From an uncultured Gammaproteobacteria bacterium (GTDB lineage: Bacteria > Patescibacteriota > Microgenomatia > PFEM01 > JAPLYW01), in NCBI GenBank assembly GCA_964546445.1, contig CAZJJY010000002.1, forward strand, positions 1-38,099: a DNA stretch of 38,099 nucleotides, in the 5' to 3' direction. The notes beneath the pieces are model-generated. The model made no database searches. It saw only the letters and a program-made list of their open reading frames with translations, and was not told the origin of the DNA. Both the position numbers and the translations under genes were made by a program. Below, in pieces: positions 9,975 to 17,855 of this stretch. The number at the start of each line of letters is the position of its first letter. Within the stretch, counting starts at the first letter, position 1.

Positions 9975-10441
9975 TTTATTCTTTTAGCACTTTTAACTGC
10001 TCTTTTCTCCTCAACCGACAACTCATAACCTTCTTGTTTACTTTTACTAACTTCTTTAGCATACGTTCTTGTTATCTCTCGACTATGCAAACTTGTAATA
10101 ACAAAACCACTATCTTCACCATCAAGCAAAGCTAAAGAAAAGCTTTGATTACCACCGGTCTCAGAAAAAGGATTAAATCTGACCAACCCTACTTTTTGTA
10201 TATTAAAGACATTATCTTTTTGAAGCTTGTTTATTTTTTCAAAAAGCTCATCAATTCTCTTAGTTTCTTTTTCAGAATTATTTAAAAGCTCTTCCAAAAT
10301 CGACTTCAAATCCTTTTTAGCAATACCCTTACCTAGCTTACGATAATGGTTATAAAGATTATAAAAGATAACTGACAAAAATACTAGCCAAAAAAAAATG
10401 AGCCCCAAAACGATAGCTACCAGTTGATCAAATCCGATCAT
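9971..10441 (-). CDS. DUF4446 family membrane-anchored protein
   Basis: One N-terminal TM, a coiled segment, then VGLVRFNPFSETGGNQSFSLALLDGEDSGFVITSLHSRE, which is typical of DUF4446. 4-nt overlap with the next gene. Confidence 0.65.
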   Translation of the reverse strand: MIGFDQLVAIVLGLIFFWLVFLSVIFYNLYNHYRKLGKGIAKKDLKSILEELLNNSEKETKRIDELFEKINKLQKDNVFNIQKVGLVRFNPFSETGGNQSFSLALLDGEDSGFVITSLHSREITRTYAKEVSKSKQEGYELSVEEKRAVKSAKRIK

Positions 10442-10483
10442 AACTTGATTTTAGGAATCTTTCATGCTAATGTCAATTAGAAA

Positions 10484-10774
10484 ATGGTTAAAAAACGCAA
10501 GACTCGTAAAGAAAAAATCATTCTTCAGCTTAAAAGGCAACTTCAAAGTCAACAAGCTAAAACCCCTGTTGAATTCAAAAAAAATAAACCTAGTCAAGAG
10601 GCAATTTTAGAACAGCCAAAACTCGAACCTATTCAGGTTCAGAAACAAAAAAATGTTGATAATACGGCCTTTTTAGGTGATTTGAAGCTAATCAAGAAAG
10701 ACCTACTCAAAACACTTATGCTTGCCTTAATCATCATTAGCTTCGAAACGGTGATATACTTATACCTAAGGTAG
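10484..10774 (+). CDS. Hypothetical small tail-anchored protein
   Basis: 96-aa ORF in an otherwise empty region. Lys/Gln-rich N-terminus and a single C-terminal TM (LMLALIIISFETVIYLYL). No family recognised. Confidence 0.4.
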   Translation: MVKKRKTRKEKIILQLKRQLQSQQAKTPVEFKKNKPSQEAILEQPKLEPIQVQKQKNVDNTAFLGDLKLIKKDLLKTLMLALIIISFETVIYLYLR

Positions 10775-10818
10775 ATTATTCTTCCTGTCCAAAGAAAGAG
10801 AGGAGGTGAAGAAGAACA

Positions 10819-10959
10819 ATGGCAGATTTTTATTGTGTAAAATGTCGCGCTAAAAGAGAAGGTAAAGATGTCGAAAAAGTTACCCTCAAAAATGGTAAGC
10901 CTGCACGAAAGGCTACTTGTGAAGTTTGCGGCACAAAAATGTTTAGAATTGGTGCATAA
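10819..10959 (+). CDS. Small zinc-ribbon protein (DUF5679-like), 46 aa
   Basis: Not in the ORF track. Strong SD AGGAGGTG at 10801-10808 upstream of ATG 10819. Translation is MADFYCVKCRAKREGKDVEKVTLKNGKPARKATCEVCGTKMFRIGA, with CxxC...CxxC. Confidence 0.6.
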   Translation: MADFYCVKCRAKREGKDVEKVTLKNGKPARKATCEVCGTKMFRIGA

Positions 10960-10978
10960 TCGAAAGATTTAAAACCAG

Positions 10979-11022
10979 CAAAAACCCTCTTACTCCTTTT
11001 AAAGTGTAAGTTTGGGTTTTTG
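10979..11022. terminator. Bidirectional terminator-like hairpin between convergent genes
   Basis: AAAAACCC...GGGTTTTT outer stem with an inner CTTAC/GTAAG pairing. Flanked by A-runs and T-runs, between the zinc-ribbon ORF (+) and uppP (-). Confidence 0.45.
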
Positions 11023-11040
11023 TTTGAAAAAATAAAAGAA

Positions 11041-11829
11041 TTAGCTAAAAAGCAAAACCCCTGCTCCTAGAAGTAGACAATAGACAGCAAAAACATGCAG
11101 TCTTGAATTTATTAAAACTTTCTTTAAAATCTTTAAGGCAAAAACTCCAACTATCCCTGCAATAATCATCCCTATTAAGGCTTGGTTCATTGAATTACTT
11201 GAATAATTTATCAAATCAGGAATTTGTAATATTAATGCCCCCATAATGGCTGGAATAGCCAAAAAGAAAGAAAACTTAAAAGCTAAGTTTCTATCAAACT
11301 TTCTAAACAACCCTGCCGAGATAGTTGCTCCTGAACGAGAAATACCGGGTAAAATAGCCAAAGCCTGAAAAATACCAACAAACAAGGCATCTTTCCAATT
11401 AGAAAAAGCTACTTTATCTTTCTTAGCCCTACCTTTATATATATTGGTTAACAAAAGTAAAATTCCGGTAATTAATAAGGTTATCCCTACTAATCTAAAA
11501 GAATCAAAAATCATTTCAATTCTCTTTTCTAATAAAAGCCCTACAATCACTGCTGGAATAGTTCCAATAACAATCAAAAGGAGAAAATATAAACTTTTGT
11601 TTTCTTTTTTTAATATACCTATTATCAGCTTCTTTAATTCCCTTTTAAAGTAAAAAATAATCGCTCCTAAAGTTCCGACATGAACAAAAATATCAAATAA
11701 GATCGGTGGTTTTAAACCAAAAATCTTTTGGAATAGAACTAGATGTCCCGAAGAAGAAACAGGTAAAAATTCTGTTAAACCTTGAACTATAGATAAGAAA
11801 AAAACTTGAAACCAAGACATTGTCTTCAT
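11041..11829 (-). CDS. uppP: Undecaprenyl-diphosphate phosphatase (BacA/UppP)
   Basis: GLTEFLPVSSSGHL and PGISRSGATI motifs, multi-TM. The track ORF begins at a TTG (11856). The first ATGs are at 11829 and 11820, so the start is uncertain. Confidence 0.85.
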   Translation of the reverse strand: MKTMSWFQVFFLSIVQGLTEFLPVSSSGHLVLFQKIFGLKPPILFDIFVHVGTLGAIIFYFKRELKKLIIGILKKENKSLYFLLLIVIGTIPAVIVGLLLEKRIEMIFDSFRLVGITLLITGILLLLTNIYKGRAKKDKVAFSNWKDALFVGIFQALAILPGISRSGATISAGLFRKFDRNLAFKFSFFLAIPAIMGALILQIPDLINYSSNSMNQALIGMIIAGIVGVFALKILKKVLINSRLHVFAVYCLLLGAGVLLFS

Positions 11830-11873
11830 TCTAAAGGCAAGATTGCAAAGAAGCAACCTAAAAACAAAAAGGC

Positions 11874-11902
11874 TTGAAAAATGGGGCTTTTTTTGCTATA
11901 AT
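11874..11902 (+). promoter_or_regulatory. Near-consensus sigma70 promoter of rnpB
   Basis: TTGAAA (11874-11879), a 17-nt spacer, TATAAT (11897-11902) preceded by TGc. The predicted start falls at about 11908-11909, matching the first base of the P1 helix. Confidence 0.6.
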
Positions 11903-11907
11903 AATGT

Positions 11908-12208
11908 CGCCTGAGGAACTGAGCAGTCGCTCACCGTTTCGGTGAGAGGAAAGTCCAGACAGCAGAAGACAGGGTGGCTTTGGGTAACCAAGGCACTGTA
12001 AACTTTTAGTAGTTTACGGCTAGATAGGGCCACAGAGACTACGACTCATCTTTAAGTTAAATCTTAAAGGCAGAGAGTGAAAAGAGGCAACCCTCCCCGC
12101 TGCAACCTCCGATCGGCACGTTTGTAGGGGTCTTCCCAAGTGCTAAAGTTTGAGGGCAAAGATAGATGGCTGCATAAAACAGGATCTGGCTTACTGGTTT
12201 CTCAGGCG
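11908..12208 (+). ncRNA. rnpB: RNase P RNA (bacterial, compact, about 301 nt)
   Basis: Universal GAGGAAAGTCC (P4 5' strand) and 3' ACAGGATCTGGCTTAC (ACAGnnnnnGGCTTA consensus). The 5' cgcctgaggaac pairs with the 3' gtttctcaggcg as a 12-bp P1 with one G-U. The element is followed by T7. Confidence 0.85.
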
Positions 12209-12225
12209 TTTTTTTATGGAAAGGT

Positions 12226-13224
12226 TTAAAGTCTCTTAAATCTCTTAGAGGAAGAAACTTCAGAAAGAATTATTTCAATCAGAAGAACAACTGGAACAGC
12301 TAGAATAGCTCCAACTACTCCGGCTAATTTAAATCCAGCAATTAAAGAAAGAATAACAACCAAAGGGTTAATCCCCACTTCCTTGGCCATAATTTGTGGA
12401 ACAATAAATTGGTTTTCAAACTGTTGAATTAAAAAGTACAAAGCAGCGACAGCCAATGCTGTCCAAGGACCAAGAATTAATCCTGCCAAAACAGCTGGAA
12501 CAGCAGAAATAAAAGGACCAATATTAGGAATAATCTCCAAAACCCCAGCAAAAATTGCCAAAGGCAAAGCATACTCAATACCCAATAATCGCAAGCCAAT
12601 ATAAGAAAGTAGACCAACAATAAACATTAAAAGAAGTTCTGCTCTTACCCAACCACCTAATCTTGTTTCAATCTTGTCCACAATTCTCGCTCCTGTTTTT
12701 TGTTCTGAACCCAAAAATTTGACTAAAAATTTATCTAGATTCTTTCTTTGTAAAAGAAGATAAAAACTAATAACAATAAAAATAATAAAGTTTAAGATAT
12801 TTTGGAAGATACCACCAATAGTTTTAATAACCCCACCTGAAAAAATATTAAATTTCTCTAAAAACTGATTAATTTGACTATCAACTACTTTTTGATTAAC
12901 ACCCAACCAATTAAAAGAATCAAAATCAGAAGGCAATCTAGAAAGTAATGTCTGTGTCTGCTCAACCAAAGGAGGAATAACACCAGCAATAACCAAACTT
13001 AAAGCACCAATAATCAGAATATAGATAACAACGATTGATAAAACCCGAGGTATATGCCATCTTTCTAGCCTATCAACTAAAGGATTCAAAGCTGCCATCA
13101 GGATAATACCAAAGAATAAAAGAACAATAACACTTCTTAAATACCAAATTAACCATAAAAACAAAAGGAAGAAGACAGCGAAAATAATAGTACGATGGGA
13201 GATCTCAATCTTTCTGGGCATCAT
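12226..13224 (-). CDS. AI-2E family transporter (PerM/UPF0118)
   Basis: 332 aa with about 7-8 TM helices. The conserved C-terminal segment is FENQFIVPQIMAKEVGINPLVVILSLIAGFKLAGVVGAILAVP. Confidence 0.8.
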   Translation of the reverse strand: MMPRKIEISHRTIIFAVFFLLFLWLIWYLRSVIVLLFFGIILMAALNPLVDRLERWHIPRVLSIVVIYILIIGALSLVIAGVIPPLVEQTQTLLSRLPSDFDSFNWLGVNQKVVDSQINQFLEKFNIFSGGVIKTIGGIFQNILNFIIFIVISFYLLLQRKNLDKFLVKFLGSEQKTGARIVDKIETRLGGWVRAELLLMFIVGLLSYIGLRLLGIEYALPLAIFAGVLEIIPNIGPFISAVPAVLAGLILGPWTALAVAALYFLIQQFENQFIVPQIMAKEVGINPLVVILSLIAGFKLAGVVGAILAVPVVLLIEIILSEVSSSKRFKRL

Positions 13225-14155
13225 CTTTTTTAGTATACCAAAGAGAAACCGTTCTTTCTACTTTATCTTGCCATTTGCTACCTAAAATGTCAAACCACTT
13301 AATATCTTTATCTCTTTTAAACCAAGTAAGTTGACGGCGAACATAACCATGTTCAAAATTTTTCCAATCAACAATAACTTTGTCCTTTTTCTTTTTACCT
13401 AAAAAGTAAGGTTCCCAATCTTTATAACCAAGAGTTGTTCCTAAGGCAGAGTTTTTAAAATCATAACCACTATCCATCAATATTTTTATTTCTTTCTCTA
13501 CTCCATCTTTTACTCTTTGCTCAACTCTCTTATCAACTAAACTGTAAAGATCTTTCAAAGAAGTTTTTAAACCAATTTTTAAACAATTAGCTTTTAAAGG
13601 TTCTATCTTTTCGGTTTCATTTTTATTTAAAGAAATTTCAATTGCTCTCATTAAACGACGAGGATTTTTTCGATCAGAATCATTCATTTTCCCCCATCTT
13701 TGAAAATTTAATTTCTTTAACTTGTCTTGAAGATCAATTAAAGACAAGGAATCCAATCCTTCTCTTAATTCAAAGTCTGGAAGAACACCTAGATTCTCAA
13801 CATCTTCGATTAATCCTTGAAGATAGAAACCAGTTCCCCCTACCAAAATCGGCAACTTGTTTCTCTTCCAAATATCACCAACTACTTTTTTAGCTTCTTT
13901 GATAAAATCGACCACATTAAATCGATAATTCGGACTGACCAAATCATAAAGCCAAATTTTAATCCCTTTTACTACATAAAAACCATTTTTAAATTCATAC
14001 CCTTTTATATCCTTACCAGTTCCTATATCCATACTTTTATATACTTGCCGAGAATCAAAGGAAACAATCTCTCCATTAAATCTTTTAGCCAACTTTAAGG
14101 CTAAATTAGTTTTTCCAGTCGCTGTAGGGCCACAAACAATAAGTAATTTTTCCAT
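13205..14155 (-). CDS. miaA: tRNA dimethylallyltransferase
   Basis: P-loop GPTATGKT, DSRQVYKSMDIGTGK, and LVGGTGFYL. Confidence 0.9.
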   Translation of the reverse strand: MEKLLIVCGPTATGKTNLALKLAKRFNGEIVSFDSRQVYKSMDIGTGKDIKGYEFKNGFYVVKGIKIWLYDLVSPNYRFNVVDFIKEAKKVVGDIWKRNKLPILVGGTGFYLQGLIEDVENLGVLPDFELREGLDSLSLIDLQDKLKKLNFQRWGKMNDSDRKNPRRLMRAIEISLNKNETEKIEPLKANCLKIGLKTSLKDLYSLVDKRVEQRVKDGVEKEIKILMDSGYDFKNSALGTTLGYKDWEPYFLGKKKKDKVIVDWKNFEHGYVRRQLTWFKRDKDIKWFDILGSKWQDKVERTVSLWYTKKDDAQKD

Positions 14156-14191
14156 GCCTGAATTATAGCGCGTTGATATCCTTTTTAAAAT

Positions 14192-14785
14192 ATGCTAAAA
14201 ATAAGTAAGAGAATGAAAGAAACACTTCAAAATCTTACCAAGGCATTTATCGGCGAAAGCCAAGCTCGTAATCGTTATACTCTTTACTCTAAAATTGCCT
14301 ACAAAGAAGGCTATGACCAAATCTCAGAACTTTTCTTGATCACCGCTGATAATGAAAGAGAACATGCCAAATGGCTCTTTAGATTAATTAATCAAATTAA
14401 GAAAGATCAAAATCCTATCGTTATTGAAGCTGAAGCTCCAACTGTTTTGGGAAAAACAGAAGATAATATCAAGGCAGCTATTGCTGGAGAAAATTATGAA
14501 CATACTAAAATGTACCCTGGGTTCGCCGAAACAGCTGATAAGGAAGGATTCCCTGATATTGCTAATAGATTAAGAGCTATTGCTATTGCTGAAAAACATC
14601 ATGAAGACCGTTATAAAAAACTTCTTAAAATAGTAATAGACAAAACTGTCTTTAAGAAAAATAAAGATGTTATGTGGGTCTGTCGTAAATGTGGATATAC
14701 TAGCTTCGGAAAACAGCCTCCAATAGAATGCCCTTCTTGTAATCATGAAAAAAAATTCTTTCAATTAAGATATGAGATTTATTAA
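14192..14785 (+). CDS. rbr: Rubrerythrin
   Basis: Ferritin-like diiron domain ([37 protein letters not shown]) plus a C-terminal rubredoxin-type CRKCGY...CPSCNH. The true start may be ATG 14213 (MKETLQNL...). Confidence 0.9.
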   Translation: MLKISKRMKETLQNLTKAFIGESQARNRYTLYSKIAYKEGYDQISELFLITADNEREHAKWLFRLINQIKKDQNPIVIEAEAPTVLGKTEDNIKAAIAGENYEHTKMYPGFAETADKEGFPDIANRLRAIAIAEKHHEDRYKKLLKIVIDKTVFKKNKDVMWVCRKCGYTSFGKQPPIECPSCNHEKKFFQLRYEIY

Positions 14786-14818
14786 AAAATGTTAATTTAG
14801 AAAGGAGGTCAAAATAAA

Positions 14819-15094
14819 ATGGCTGAATTAAATAAATCATACAAATGTAATATTTGTGGTAATGTAGCAAAAATTGTCGAAGCTGGTATTGGTGAATTAG
14901 TTTGTTGTGGTCAACCTATGGCTGTTGTTGAAGAACAAGCTGAAGCTGCACCAGAAGCAAAAACTGAAAGTTCTCCAATTACTGAAACACCTGTATCTGA
15001 GGCTCCACCAGCAGAAAGTACTTCTGCTCCAGCTTCAGAAACACCAATGGCTGAACCTACAGAAACAAAACCTGAAGAAAAACCAAGTTTTTAA
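14819..15094 (+). CDS. Desulforedoxin-domain protein with a Pro/Glu/Thr/Ala-rich tail
   Basis: YKCNICGNVAKIVEAGIGELVCCGQPM matches the Dx / Dfx-N-terminal CxxC...CC site. SD AAAGGAGG lies upstream. Residues from about 40 to 91 are low complexity. Confidence 0.65.
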   Translation: MAELNKSYKCNICGNVAKIVEAGIGELVCCGQPMAVVEEQAEAAPEAKTESSPITETPVSEAPPAESTSAPASETPMAEPTETKPEEKPSF

Positions 15095-15102
15095 AAAACT
15101 TT

Positions 15103-16518
15103 TTATTTTTTATCTTTGATTTCTGAAGAGTTATTTCCTGTCCAACAGTAAAGACAAAGTCTGTTTTTGGGTAGTCCTATGGCTTTGACCATATCATCAA
15201 CTGTTTGATAAATTAACGAAGTAACTCCTAATTCTTTCCTAATCGCTTCAACCATTTTTTTATAAGAAGGAGATTTATCATCAAGGAATTGTTCAATATC
15301 TATTTTTTTCTTCCCCATTAATTTTTTAATAGTCCTTCTGGCGGCTAACTCCCTTTTAGTTCTGGTTGATAAAAGATAAGGGCAAGGAAACATCAAAGGA
15401 GGGCAAGCAATACGAACATGAATTTCTTTGGCTTTGTTTTTCCATAATTTTTCAATGGCCTGATTTTTTAATTGGGTTCCCCTAACAATAGAATCATCAC
15501 AAACAACAATTTTTTTTCCTTCGATAACACTGCCAACGGGAATTAATTTTAATTTGGCAATTTTATTTCTTATTTCCTGTGAGGGTGGAGTATAACTCCG
15601 ACCATAGCCATCAGTATATTTAATTAAAGGACGTTCATAAGGGATTTTAGCTTCTTTGGCATAACCTACGGCATGAGCAATCCCAGAATCAGGAACTCCA
15701 GTTACCAAATCGGCTTTAACCTTATCCCTTTTGGCTAAATTAGCTCCACAACGTTCTCTAACCATCTCAACATTAATATCTTCATAAGAAGATGCTGGGC
15801 AACCGGTATAAATCCATAAAAAAGAACAGAGCTTATTTTCTACACCAACTATTTTCTTACTTTTTAACCCATTTTTATTAAAGAAAACTATTTCACCGGG
15901 TTTAAATTCTTTAATTGGTTTAAAACCTAAGTTGGGAAGAGCGCATGTCTCAGAAGTAATAACTAAAGAATCTTTATCGCGACCAACAACCAAAGTTGTC
16001 TTACCACTTTTATCACGAGCAGCATAAATTCCCTCCTTAGATAAAACTAATAAGGACATTGCACCTTTAATCTGCTCAAACATATATTCAATACCAGAAA
16101 TAATATCATCTTTTCTAGCGATAAGCTTTCCTATCACTTCGGTAGTATTAATTTCACCACCACTCATTTCAGAAAAGCTTCCTCCAACTTTCATAATAGA
16201 TTTAGCTAGACTATTTTTATTTCTTAAAAGGCCAGCGGTCACTAAAGCAAAATTACCAAAAGAACAGGAAACAATTATTGGTTGAGGATCAAAATCACTA
16301 ATAACCCCAATACCCTTTTTACCTTTTAATTTAGAAATCTCTTCAATGAATTTTGATTTAAACTGAGAAGTAGAAATGTCATGAATACAACGAGAAAAGC
16401 CTCGGCTAAAAACAACCAAACCAGCCTTTTTAGTCCCTAGATGAGAATGATAGTCAGTCCCATAAAAAAGGGTCTGACGACAATCTTTCTTGGAAAGAAC
16501 TCCAAAGATACCACTCAT
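15103..16518 (-). CDS. Amidophosphoribosyltransferase (PurF)-like protein with Ser in place of the N-terminal Cys
   Basis: Ntn-GATase-like N-terminal domain plus a PRTase domain: VPDSG, RSYTPPSQEIR, and the PRPP loop VVCDDSIVRGTQ. The N-terminus is MSGIFGV rather than MCGI. Confidence 0.75.
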   Translation of the reverse strand: MSGIFGVLSKKDCRQTLFYGTDYHSHLGTKKAGLVVFSRGFSRCIHDISTSQFKSKFIEEISKLKGKKGIGVISDFDPQPIIVSCSFGNFALVTAGLLRNKNSLAKSIMKVGGSFSEMSGGEINTTEVIGKLIARKDDIISGIEYMFEQIKGAMSLLVLSKEGIYAARDKSGKTTLVVGRDKDSLVITSETCALPNLGFKPIKEFKPGEIVFFNKNGLKSKKIVGVENKLCSFLWIYTGCPASSYEDINVEMVRERCGANLAKRDKVKADLVTGVPDSGIAHAVGYAKEAKIPYERPLIKYTDGYGRSYTPPSQEIRNKIAKLKLIPVGSVIEGKKIVVCDDSIVRGTQLKNQAIEKLWKNKAKEIHVRIACPPLMFPCPYLLSTRTKRELAARRTIKKLMGKKKIDIEQFLDDKSPSYKKMVEAIRKELGVTSLIYQTVDDMVKAIGLPKNRLCLYCWTGNNSSEIKDKK

Positions 16519-16575
16519 AAAAATTATGTTTTAGATTTTAACAACAAACTTAATAATGTAAAGGAGTAATTCTGT

Positions 16576-17601
16576 TTAATTGATTAAATTATCCAAAATT
16601 TTCCATCTTCTTTTCTTTTCTGGAGGAAGAACATCATCTTTCAGTTTAAAAGCTGCTGTTCCTTTTCTTGGAGAATAACGATTTACAAAGGCTCTATCAA
16701 AACCAACTTTTCTACATAACTTAACGGTATTTTCAAATTGTTCTTTAGTTTCTCCTGGAAAACCAACGATAATATCAGTCCCTATCTTAATATCAGGAAT
16801 CTCTTTTCTAATCTTTTTAACTAAATTAAGATAATCTTTTATTTTATAAGAACGATTCATTTTCTTTAATATCTCATCATCACCCGATTGCACAGGTAAA
16901 TGTAAATAACGATCAATCTTAGGTAACTTCATAACCTCTATAATCTCATCAGATAAATCCCAAGGATTAGAAGTTAAGAAAGAAATCTTTTCAACTCCTT
17001 TAACCCCATGAACTTTTTTTAATAAATTTGCAAAGGACTTCCCTGCCTTATCATCATAATAAGAATTAACATTCTGTCCTAATAAAACAACCTCTTTACA
17101 GCCATCCTCAACCAATCTCTCTATTTCACAAAGAATTTCATCTAAAGGAAAACTTTTTTCTTTTCCCCTTCCATAAGGGACAACGCAATAAGAACAAAAA
17201 TTATTACAACCTTTCATTATTGGAATTAAAACAGAAGTTTTATTTTTTCTTTTAGGAACAGTTGAATCAACCAATTCTCTAATCAATTTAAATTCATCAA
17301 CGTTAGGAAGTTTTTTCTTTAATTCAGAAATAGAGTAACGACGCCTATCTTCTCTAGCTGAGCCAACCATACAACCAGTCAAAATAATGTGAGGAGATTT
17401 CTTTAACTTATTTAAATTATTAACTAATCCAAAAACACGATTCTCTGCTGATTCTCTTACAGAGCAACTATTAATAACCACCAAATCAGCATCTTCTGGT
17501 TTTAAAACCAATTTATAACCTTTCTTTTCCAAAACACCAGAAATCTTTTCAGAATCTGCCTCGTTCATCTGGCAACCAAAGGTTTTAACAAAGTATTTCA
17601 T
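16576..17601 (-). CDS. MiaB-family radical-SAM methylthiotransferase, apparently lacking the TRAM domain
   Basis: MTTase N-domain [18 protein letters not shown]...NSCSVRE...TGC. Radical-SAM motif CNNFCSYCVVPYGRG. It ends at 341 aa, where a TRAM domain normally begins. Confidence 0.8.
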   Translation of the reverse strand: MKYFVKTFGCQMNEADSEKISGVLEKKGYKLVLKPEDADLVVINSCSVRESAENRVFGLVNNLNKLKKSPHIILTGCMVGSAREDRRRYSISELKKKLPNVDEFKLIRELVDSTVPKRKNKTSVLIPIMKGCNNFCSYCVVPYGRGKEKSFPLDEILCEIERLVEDGCKEVVLLGQNVNSYYDDKAGKSFANLLKKVHGVKGVEKISFLTSNPWDLSDEIIEVMKLPKIDRYLHLPVQSGDDEILKKMNRSYKIKDYLNLVKKIRKEIPDIKIGTDIIVGFPGETKEQFENTVKLCRKVGFDRAFVNRYSPRKGTAAFKLKDDVLPPEKKRRWKILDNLIN

Positions 17602-17644
17602 AGACTATATTTTAACTTATTTTTGAGGCTAAAGTAAGGAGAAA
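17526..17644. repeat. Direct repeat, left copy (5' end of the MiaB-like gene plus 43 bp upstream)
   Basis: Aligns gap-free with 19197-19315 at an offset of 1671 bp. I count 110/119 identities. Confidence 0.85.
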
Positions 17645-17743
17645 ATGAAGATTGATAAATACATAAATAAATATATTGATTATATGAAGTATGAGCGTGG
17701 TTTTGCTGAAAATACCATTATTGGGAGAAAAAAGCTCTTTTAG
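17645..17743 (+). pseudogene. Tyrosine recombinase (XerC/D / phage integrase) N-terminal fragment
   Basis: A 32-codon ORF, MKIDKYINKYIDYMKYERGFAENTIIGRKKLF-stop, preceded by AAGGAG. The YL..ERG.s.NTi pattern is typical of the integrase SAM-like N-domain. No catalytic domain follows. Confidence 0.5.
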
Positions 17744-17812
17744 ATTAAACAGGTTTTTTTTTAAATTTTTATCTCCCTATTTACAACTCCAATAAAAAAT
17801 TATAATATAAGA

Positions 17813-17843
17813 TTGTGGTTATATATACCAAATATGGTATAAT
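17813..17843 (+). promoter_or_regulatory. Cassette promoter with an operator-like palindrome
   Basis: TTGTGG (17813-17818) and extended -10 TGgTATAAT (17835-17843). The perfect inverted repeat TATACCA-aata-TGGTATA (17824-17841) overlaps the -10. The first ATG of the cassette is only 13 nt downstream. Confidence 0.5.
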
Positions 17844-17855
17844 TGTTGAGGATGA

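Noticed and set aside
14907-15119. 70-aa alternative-frame ORF overlapping the tail of the desulforedoxin-domain gene.
   Set aside because: It is the Lys/Leu/Gln-rich reading of the same low-complexity DNA. It has no SD and runs into the convergent PurF-like gene. It is a shadow ORF.
17461-17525. Possible extension of the direct repeat to the left (atcttctggttt versus atctggttt).
   Set aside because: Only about 9 scattered matches, and they would need a 26-nt gap. This is indistinguishable from chance in AT-rich DNA, so I kept the repeat boundary at 17526/19197.
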